Source of the DNA: Rebecca billardiae RCC1528 | Lineage: Eukaryota > Protista > Haptophyta | Direction of reading: 5' to 3' | Length of the DNA stretch: 64,000 nucleotides | NCBI GenBank assembly: GCA_965240325.2 | Contig: OZ251236.1 | Coordinates: 744,001 to 808,000 of the forward strand | Shown here: piece by piece, positions 12,707 to 21,654 of the stretch | Layout of the letters: every line of letters starts with the position of its first letter | How positions within the stretch are numbered: the first letter of the stretch is position 1 | The notes under the pieces: generated by a model | Seen by the model: only the letters and a program-made list of their open reading frames with translations | The model's database searches: none | Told to the model about the DNA's origin: nothing | Position numbers and translations under genes: made by a program

Positions 12707-14974
12707 CAGCACGGGCGTGTCCGGTGCACGGCGAGGCTCGTGACACTCGGAGGCGTCCTTGCGGCGCACGAAGGCGCAAGAAGCAGCCTGCGTCCGACCC
12801 GAGGATTCGCGCGCACGCGCGGTCGAGATGTCAGTCAGTGCCGCAGTACGCCACGCGCGCAGTCGCGCATATGCGGGCGTGCACTCGCAAGCTGAAGATG
12901 AAAGCCGAGGCGTGCGCGGCCGGATGCTGCCAACCGACGCGCACACGCAACATGGACGCGACCCGGGGATTCGCACGCACCTCGATCGTCGCCGCGAGCG
13001 CGTCGCGGATACGACGAGCACGCGCTGTCCCTGGCTTGATGAGGCAGGCAGCCGGTTCTGGGCTCTGTGAATCTGGCCAGCGGAATCCACGTGCGACGCA
13101 GGGCTCCAACTTCGCGTCGAGCCGCTGGCTCAAACCTGGTTGCAGCGCGGATCCCCACGGGACGAGCTCCTCGGATGGAATCTCTGCACGTGCACGACGA
13201 CTTCGGGAATCATTCCCTCTGTGGCACACGTGTGTATGATGGACCTTGAGAAGGTGCGCGTTGATGAGCTCAATTGAGCTGTGACCCCGTGATTTTTGGT
13301 CTCTTCGTCGATCTGAGAAATCTCCAATGATTTCGTCATAATACCGTATTCATCATCAACAATCCTACCTCAATTAAAGGGATATCTTGCTTCCCGTTTT
13401 TTTTCAATAGTAATCGGACAATGTCGATACCCTCTAAGAGTACTGATGTGTGTTTCGTCGTCCATGGGCTCGATGCACGGAACTTTAGATACTTGCGTGG
13501 CGTTGTCATCAATTAAGGCAATCAACTGAGCGCATCAAAATATTTAAAGAAGCACTTTCGCCCCGAGGGTGCAGGCGCGGATGACCGTGGATCTGACGAA
13601 TCGACGAATATGTTATGTGCGCTGTGCATGTGTCATACCGCCCGCGGGCGGTACGCTCTACCGCCGTACTCTGAACTCGTCCGGACGCACCCGCGTGTCG
13701 ACTGCGCATCCGTCGCACGTCGCAGGATCGGCAGGATCGCATCACGAACGGCTTGCCTGATGCCCGCTCCAGCCGACGTGACCTCTACCCAGCCCTGCAA
13801 AGCACGCTGCACGCGCGACCACCGCTGCCAAGTCTCGTCTGGCCCGTCAAGTGCTCCAGCGCGTGTCACGTCCGCGTCGAGCGCGCCGCCTCGCGTGAGG
13901 CCGCGCATGCGGCGCTCGGGCAGCACGGTCGGCATCCGCGCATTGCACCCTCGCCGCGCGCAGGGGCGAGCACGAGCGTGCGCGTTATCCTCTCCGGCGC
14001 GGCGACCATGCAGAGTTGGTGAAGCGCAGCTGCCGACCGAGCGCCAAGTGGACGCCGCGCCGCCGCATGCCGCTTTTCTCGCGCGGTGCGCCCGTGCCCC
14101 ACTGCTTGGCGATGTATTTTCGGCGATATACTCGAGACGAGTCTCGGAAGACGACGCCGTGCACGGCCTACTATGCATACGGGTTGACCGCGCGCCCGAC
14201 GTGGCCAGCCAGCATCATGATCTTAGGTTTGCTGAGCGTGTTTGTGTGTCTGATCAGCCTCGGAGATCATTCTCCGAAGCTGACCCGATCGAAGAGATGC
14301 CAGCGACAACCTGAACCAAGCCGATAGATCGGTGCACATCGCAGCATTGAGCACGTTATCGTCGGGCAGACTAACTCACGTTTACTGCTGTACTTCTAAT
14401 TATTCTCATTCATGAGACATGACATGCGCCCGATCCAATGCGATGCCAACTGACTCGTCGTCATGACATCTGACCGAACAAACTACACTCGAAATATAAC
14501 AGCCAGCAACGACGACATTGATGAGTACTGATGTCACAGGCCATCACGCCACAACTACAGTACTCTGCGCGAGGCCGCAGCCCGTCTTGTACGAGCGTTC
14601 CGGAGGGGAGAGCTACCGCGGGAGACGTCCGGGCAGTACGGACCGATGAGTCAGATACATGTGACGATGGACGCACCAGACCGGAGTGACCGGACGGTCC
14701 GCGACCGCACCGGGTAGTCACCGCAGTACGAGTCTAACCATCTTACCATGCGAGCCCGCCGCTCCTGGATGCCACCGTCGATTGGACGCGCCTCGCCACC
14801 AAGTGTCAGGTCCTAAGCTCGCGCGGCGGCGGTGCTGGCCACGTACGGTACCGATTAAGCTCCCGCACGTTGGCATCCACCCCCTCCGCACCGCCCGAGC
14901 CGGTGGTTGCTCGCGACTTCTCAATTGAAAAGAACGAGGCCGCGAGGAAAAGAAGAAAAGAAAGATTTAATGAG

Positions 14975-15748
14975 TTTTTAAAATTCCCCTTTATAATAAC
15001 GGGCGGCTCCGGGTGATCAGACTGGCGGCCGAAGCCTCCAGCCCTACCCTCACCCTGGCCAGCCCCCAACCAACCACCACCCTCACCCAACCTCAAACCA
15101 CTGACCGAGACACCAAGTGCCTTGACACCACTCCACTGTGGACAGCCCGCCTCCAGAGGGGGCGGGGGTATGCCATTGCCAACAGCATGGCAAGCCCAAC
15201 ACTGTGGAGTGTGCGGGGTGGTCCCAGGTACCAGCAGTGCACTGCCTTGCAATTCGAGATCATCGAGTGTGAGCCGAGTCGGCAGACTGGGCACCCCCTA
15301 GGGTGCCCCAGTGTGGGCAGAGGGCCAGCCACTAGCAGCCGATCCCTGCGCGGGGAAGGGGACGCGGAGGGGGCTGTCAGCGAGCCCAGTAGCTGGGCCG
15401 GGGTCTGGGCCACTGGTCCTGGCCGTGAGGCGCCTGTATTTCACTCGTGCGGCTATGGAGGCAGAGGGTGTCATGTCAGACATGTGTGCGATATCGGGCA
15501 TCAAGTCAGGGCGTGGGCCGCTGTAGGACGCAAGCAGAGTGGTGGCGATGGCTAATACCGAATACGCCTGGGGAGGTGTCGTTTGCGCGCCTCTTTTGAC
15601 TGCTGCTCTTTGCAGGGGGTTGCGTGCTCCGCTGCGCAGGCTGAGCCTGCCTGCCAGTTGGTGTTAGGATAGGCACATTTGCCTGGCGGGGTGGGCAGTG
15701 TCGTTTGGGCGGGGGGCTGTCTTTCTGAGCTTGACTAGGAGGAGGCAG
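14975..15748 (-). mobile_element. 3' fragment of a non-LTR retroelement (possibly RTE-like), copy A
   Basis: Starts (+) TTTTT-aaaattcccctttata...ggctccgggtgatcag and is co-linear with 47836-48550 up to ctaggaggaggcag. The T-run is an A-tail on the minus strand. Confidence 0.75.
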
Positions 15749-15912
15749 TGTGCGCCGGTGCTGGCGACGACGAATCAGGAGACCTGCGCCGTCCTATTGT
15801 ACCTGTGTCGTTATGGGGGTAAATCATAGAATGAGTGTGCATCACGGCCGGAGCATCAGGGCTTGAGGCGAGGATGGAGGTCGCGAACTGCGACGAGTAG
15901 ATCGCGGGCAGC

Positions 15913-18216
15913 ATGGTGCCTTCAGGGCAGGTGCAGACGCGAGCGATCGACAGCGCCGAGCGTGCCGAGGCTCAGCGCACTCTGAATCAGCTGCACCGCG
16001 CCGGGATCGTCCAACGGCTCAGGGCAGACAGCGTGATTTCCATGGCCGCCGCGTTGGCGGTCACTTGCGATTGGGGCAACCTCAGCGTCGACGAAGCGTC
16101 TGAACGCTACGGCGTGACGAAGGGGACCTTGCTGCGGCAGCTGAAGAACCTGCGCAGCCTCAGGAACGCCTGCGATGGCGGCCCACGCGCTCAGCCCCGC
16201 GCCGCCGCGGGCGCGGGCTCGCAGCTAGAGCAAAGCGAGATGCTCGCCGCGGGCGTGGCCTCGGAGGCGCGCGCAGCGCACGCCGAGCCCATCGACGGCG
16301 GCGGCGCTTGGCCGCACGGCGCGCCAGCTCTCACTGCCGACATGCCCGAGGGGTGGCCGGCGAGCGAGGCGATCGGCCCGCGGCTCGGCGTCAAGCAGCA
16401 CACGTACTCGGACCGGCTTCATGTCGAGACGGTGCACACGGACGACGGGCGCTCGTACCAGGAGTACGTGCTCGCGCTCTCGCCGACGGGCGGCGAGTCG
16501 CAGGACGCGCGGAACAAGCGGCTCAAGTACAACCGCAACCTCTCCTACGCCGCCAAGCAGAAGGTCGAGAAGCTGAACCAGCTGCGCGATTGCAGCATGC
16601 CGCAGCTGGCGGAGCGCGGCCGCCAGCACGCGCCACCGCCGCCGGCCGAGGGCGCGCGCGCAGAGCACGCCGAGCCCATCGACGGCGGCGGCGCTTGGCC
16701 GCACGGCGCGCCAGCTCTCACCGCCGACATGCCCGGCGTGTCGCGCGCCGACGGCGCGGATGCGGAGGGCTGGCCGGCGAGCGAGCCGATCGGCCCGCGG
16801 CTCGGCGTCAAGCAGCACACGTACTCGGACCGGCTTCATGTCGAGACGGTGCACACGGACGACGGGCGCTCGTACCAGGAGTACGTGCTCGCGCTCTCGC
16901 CGACGGGCGGCGAGTCGCAGGACGCGCGGAACAGGCGGCTCAAGAGCAACCGCAACACCTCCTACTTCGCCAAGCAGAAGGTCGAGAAGCTGAACCAGCT
17001 GCGCGATTGCAGCATACCGCAGCTGGAGGAGCGCGGCCATCTACAAGCGCCACCGCCGCCGGCCGAGGGCGCGCCCGCGGCGGGCGGCGGGCGGGTGGAG
17101 GTGATGCCGAGCGCGCCTGCGTGCCCGATCGACGCCGGCTCGCCGCTCGAGCCCGCGGGCGTTGTCCACAAGCAGCAGCTCGTGCTCGCCGTGCCCGGCC
17201 GCTCGGTCTCGGACGCCGACGCGCACGATGGGAGCGGCGCGAGCGCGCGCGCCGTCAGCGGCGAGCCCCTCGGCACGATTCGGTACGCGCAGCGCGCGGA
17301 CTCGGACCGCCTCGAGGTGGAGACGTACTTCACGGAGGACCGGCGGCAGTACCAGCAGGCGGTCATCGCGCACACGCCGACGGGAGGCGACCCGTCCCGC
17401 GACGCGCGGCACAAGCGCATGCACAAAAACCGCGAAGCGCGCTACAACTGCAAGAAGGCGGTGGCACAGGCGAATCACAACGGCTCTGCCGAGCAGCCGC
17501 AGGCCGAGCGGGCGAGCTGGCCGCTTGAGGGCGCGCTCGCCCAAGACGACGTCGTCCTCGCGCACCCCGTGGAGGGCTGCGATGAGACGATGCCGAGGGC
17601 AGTCGTGCTGGCCTCTGTGCAGCCGGCCGCGCCATCGGCGGGCGCGCACGTGGCTGGGGCAGAGGGGGTGCCGCCGCTGCCGCCCATGGATGCCTTCCTG
17701 GACACGGAGGACGAAGCTGAGAGCACGGCCGCCGCGAGGGCCGCGCCGACCGTGCCGACGGCCGCCGTGCCCGAGCTCGCGCGCGGGGCTCCCAGGCCGC
17801 CCGCGGGGACTGCGCTGGGGCATGTCGTCCCGCCTGTCGACGAGTGGATTGGCGGGCTCGCGGGTGGCGCCCTGCCGCACTTCGTGTGCTCCGCAGTTGT
17901 CGAGGAGGGTCGGCGGAATCATCGTCGGAATCGTCGCGCGCGCGCGCGCGCTGCTGCTGCAGGCGCCCTCCCCGGCGATGCGGCGGCGTCCGCTCGACGT
18001 CGCCCTCGTCGCCCGGTCGCGGAGGGCGGTGCGCATCTCGACGAGTTGCCGCTTCCAGGCGTGGTACTGGGCACTGTGACGAGCTGCGCGGGGCCTCCGC
18101 CTGCGGGTGCAGTCCATCACGACCATCACGAGGTCGAGGTGCGCGCACGGAGTGGGAGCAGTGGCATCCGTGTCGAGGGCGCATCAACAGACGACGACAG
18201 CATGTCGTCAGCGTAG
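15913..18216 (+). CDS. 767-aa putative DNA-binding protein: N-terminal psq/CENP-B-type HTH plus three copies of an unrecognised ~70-aa domain ending in a basic helix
   Basis: Single ORF with coding-like codon usage. AAALAVTCDWGNLSVDEASERYGVTKGTLLRQLK fits the HTH_psq pattern. The SDRLxVETxxTxDxRxYQ...PTGG...DARxKR...NR module occurs three times. Confidence 0.75.
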   Translation: MVPSGQVQTRAIDSAERAEAQRTLNQLHRAGIVQRLRADSVISMAAALAVTCDWGNLSVDEASERYGVTKGTLLRQLKNLRSLRNACDGGPRAQPRAAAGAGSQLEQSEMLAAGVASEARAAHAEPIDGGGAWPHGAPALTADMPEGWPASEAIGPRLGVKQHTYSDRLHVETVHTDDGRSYQEYVLALSPTGGESQDARNKRLKYNRNLSYAAKQKVEKLNQLRDCSMPQLAERGRQHAPPPPAEGARAEHAEPIDGGGAWPHGAPALTADMPGVSRADGADAEGWPASEPIGPRLGVKQHTYSDRLHVETVHTDDGRSYQEYVLALSPTGGESQDARNRRLKSNRNTSYFAKQKVEKLNQLRDCSIPQLEERGHLQAPPPPAEGAPAAGGGRVEVMPSAPACPIDAGSPLEPAGVVHKQQLVLAVPGRSVSDADAHDGSGASARAVSGEPLGTIRYAQRADSDRLEVETYFTEDRRQYQQAVIAHTPTGGDPSRDARHKRMHKNREARYNCKKAVAQANHNGSAEQPQAERASWPLEGALAQDDVVLAHPVEGCDETMPRAVVLASVQPAAPSAGAHVAGAEGVPPLPPMDAFLDTEDEAESTAAARAAPTVPTAAVPELARGAPRPPAGTALGHVVPPVDEWIGGLAGGALPHFVCSAVVEEGRRNHRRNRRARARAAAAGALPGDAAASARRRPRRPVAEGGAHLDELPLPGVVLGTVTSCAGPPPAGAVHHDHHEVEVRARSGSSGIRVEGASTDDDSMSSA
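16264..17073 (+). repeat. Recent in-frame tandem duplication (offset 387/417 bp) inside the HTH gene
   Basis: Near-identical copies, e.g. cggctcggcgtcaagcag at 16381 and 16798. The second copy carries a 30-nt insertion (GVSRADGADA). Confidence 0.95.
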
Positions 18217-18289
18217 GACTGACGATCATATCTTGACGAGGCTTCGCCTACGAGGCTGGTATGCGCATCCATCATATCGTCATCATCTG

Positions 18290-18293
<4 letters not shown>

Positions 18294-18341
<48 letters not shown>
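18294..18341. repeat. (AT)n microsatellite, ~24 units
   Basis: Seen directly. Confidence 0.98.
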
Positions 18342-18347
<6 letters not shown>

Positions 18348-18465
18348 TCTGCTGCTACTCTACTTCATTCTATGATTTAACGACACAGGGCCATATCATC
18401 TGCAGTCATCTGGAGCATTAAATTGCACTTAGCAGTCGTATGTATCCCCTCCGCGGACTATAAAT

Positions 18466-18604
18466 AAATTCCCCTTTATAACGGGCTCCGGGTGATCAGG
18501 CTGGCCTGATCACGGCCGCCAGCCCATGTACCCCGAGCAGTGCACTGGGACAAGCAGTGCACTGGCCTTGCAATTCGAGATCATCGAGTGTGAGCCGAGT
18601 CGGC
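18466..18604 (-). mobile_element. Rearranged, internally deleted copy B of the retroelement 3' end
   Basis: aaattcccctttataacgggctccgggtgatcaggctggc is followed by inverted pieces (cctgatcac, ggccgccagcc) and then an internal segment ccttgcaattcgagatcatcgagtgtgagccgagtcggc that matches ~15246-15283. Confidence 0.8.
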
Positions 18605-18651
18605 TCCGCAGCAGGTTGCTGATTCCGGCATTCCGCTAGCAGTTATACGAC

Positions 18652-18755
18652 CAAAGGACCATCGGAAAGGTATCTCGCCTGCCTGAGCTGTGTGCGTCTC
18701 TTATTCTTAGAGACGCACACAGCTCAGGCAGGCGAGATTATTTGATGGTCCTTTG
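18652..18755. other. Long hairpin / inverted repeat (30-bp perfect stem plus 12-bp outer stem)
   Basis: 18672-18701 is the exact reverse complement of 18709-18738 (7-nt loop). 18652-18663 pairs exactly with 18744-18755. Confidence 0.95.
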
Positions 18756-19013
18756 ATACTGCGACGACGATGAATTAAATAAGATGGGCGGTGATGCGCC
18801 CCGCCCGCGCGGGTGCGTGCTCGGCGGGCAGGTGGACCCCGCGAGAGGGCGCGCGATGGCTGAGAGGCATCTTCGTGAGCATCTTCGTGGGCCACCCGAG
18901 CCTCATCGCCGCCGCCCTCCCCCTGCTCCGGTGCCACGGCGTCCAAACGGAGTGCCAAACGAGTGTTCGAACACGCCCCGAAGCAATGTTTTGAGGGGTG
19001 CTCACTAACCGCC

Positions 19014-20409
19014 TCTGAGGTGTTCGTATCACTGCGGCATGGGGGTGGAATTCCCATTTTCTGGCGCACTTCCGCACTGGGGAGGCGGAAAAGCGGCATT
19101 TAATACGCGCGAATAAGGAATAAAATAATAATGGGAATAAAGCGCACGCAGTGCGAAGAAATTTTTTCGGGTAGTAGTATCAGCGCGTAGTTATTATGCG
19201 AAGCACCAAGTGCTGCGAGGCGGCCTGCTTGCGCACGCGGCGTCCCGAGCACCCTCGGGGCTCAGCTGCGGCTCGGCCTGCGCACGCTCAGAAAGCTCGC
19301 GTGCGGCCTGCACCTTGCCCGCCGCCTCGACTCGAGAGCAAGAGGATCGACGTATGAGTGAGTGAGCGTGTGCCGCCGAGCTGCTGTCCGGCAGCTACCC
19401 GCGACTGCAGCCGCTGGCCGCGGTGCCTGGCCTCGGCGCGGCCCCACAGGCTCAGCGCTGGGAGCTCATCCTCCTCCTGCGCTCCTCCTCCAGGCGTTTG
19501 AGCCGCCGCCGCCTTGGCCGCCTCGTCCTCGTCGATCAGCTGAACGGCGGGAGTGATGTCTCTGCTCAGCTGAGTGTGACGTGACAAGCGAGGCGACGAG
19601 CGACAGCAGCCCGATGACCAAGCCGACGAGCTCATCGTACGAGCCGTCACGCGTGCGCTCGTGCCGTGTCTGAGCTGGCTCGCGCTCGTACGCCGACCAG
19701 GCTTTGCTCGGACTGAACGCGTGTGCTCAGGCGTCCTTGCGTGTGCGCTTGGACGGCCGCGGGCCGTCATCTGGTCCGACCGCGCGCAGCTCGATCTCGG
19801 AAGCGTTGAGCTGCTCCGCGGTTGACTTACCCTCTGCCTCAGGCTCGACCACGGCAGCAGGCCCCGCAGCAGCCGCCAGGTAGCATCGGCAGGAGCCCCT
19901 GCGCCACCCGACGCCGTCCGCACATCGGCCAGCTTGCCGCACACGCGCTGGACCACGGCCTCGCCGCGCTTGACGCGGATGTGGTGCCAGGTCGTCGTGC
20001 CAATCGTTTGGCTATCGACAACGGGCACGGGCACCTCGATCACGACAACGCCTGTCGCGTAGGCTGTGTAGCGATGTCCGTCCACGACTCCGTCGTGGGT
20101 GGACGGCGCACGCCATCGCGGCCGTGGGCGCAAGTGTCTCGTGAATTGTTTTTTTTAATTCACTAATTCGCCCAGCCGCTACATCGAACTCGACAACGGT
20201 TGCTTTTACACCCGCGGTCTTTTGACTGTGCAAATGGGGCGCCGCCCCATGCTCAAATCCGAAGAGAACGAAGATGTAAAAGTGTCTGGTCCCTAGATAC
20301 TGTGCTGTCCGGGTCCCGGTCCGGTCAGATCTGAGCAGCCGGATTTTCCGCCCGGACAGGCCAGAAAATGGGATTTTCACCCATGGTGCCACATGCGGTA
20401 CCACATCAG
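19014..20409. mobile_element. Possible decayed TIR element bounded by imperfect inverted repeats
   Basis: tcccattttctggc (19052-19065) is the reverse complement of 20360-20373. Flanking catggg..tg and ggcggaaaa blocks also match in inverted orientation. No TSD found. Confidence 0.4.
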
Positions 20410-21654
20410 GTGGGATGAAGGACGTCACCCGCCGGCCGGCTGTCGGGCTGCCAGCCAATGCCAGTACTGCTCGGACGCTGCTCTCCGAGCTCGAGATCCA
20501 TCATGCGGGCTTCCTGTGTGACGTTGGCAATGAGGAGCGTGTACTTGCGCAGCGGGGCGCGCGCGTCGCGCATGCGATCGACACCGAAACAGACGACGAA
20601 ACATGGCCGCCCCTCCCGCCGAGCTCCTGGCTGACTTGCACTCGGCAATCACGCCGCGCCGCGGCCTGCCGCGTGCAGCGTGCTGACTGCTGCAATGAGC
20701 CTGCGAGCTGCCAAGCGTGTCCACGCGACTGGCAGGTGAGTGAGTTCAGCGCGACGAGTCAGGTGAACGCGCGCAGACCAGCGCGTGCAGTACGTACACC
20801 GCCTACAACCATCTCGACCGACCGCCTACCTGCCTGAAGCAGCTGCAAGGCGTGCAGCCGGGTGTCGCGGGCACACGGCCAGCCTTGAGCCTAGCCGGCA
20901 CGCCACGCCCACGCCGGCAGCTCGGCGCGCTGCCGCGCGATGCCATCGTGGAGGCGTTGTAGCTGAAGGGGCTAGGCTGGCGGCTGTCTGAGGGTAGCTA
21001 GACCATGCCTGCACAGTATCACGATGTGTTCAGCGCCCAGAGGCGCGTGGACTGGCCGCAAGGCGCGCTCAGCCCGGATTGAGGGTGACGGTAGTCTCCA
21101 CGATGGAATCAGCGCGATTACGGTAATCCTTCATCCGACGGTACCTTTCGGTACCGGCTTGGGTACTTTTCTTATATTCGTCCCGTACACGAGATGGCAT
21201 CTTGAACGAGAGCCAATACTCTTTTCAACCATCAACGGTTGACTCATTGGCTGAGCCAAATATGACCTCCATTGAGAAGATCGAGAAGATTCACCCTTGA
21301 TTGGTCGTAGTCAGGCTTTATGAGGTTGGGAGCCTAAGTTATTCTTCTACATCATACATTTCACTACACATCCAAGTCTATGGGTATCGTTCCGCCGGTA
21401 ATTTTACGGCTCAACCCCCATGTAGTATCTCCCTTGCAGTTGGTTTACGACGATTCCGACCAATACAAGCGAGAGCTTCTGGTGATGTCGATCGGTACTT
21501 ATTACAATACGGAGCGGTATTAGCTACTCACCACCTAGTGGCGACATTGACGAAGGTGCGCAAGCCAGCAGCGCATCCAACCTGGTCAGGAGCGCAACAC
21601 ACACAACCACAAGCGCTCTCGCGCGGCGAACGCAATTACACAAGCCACGCAGCC

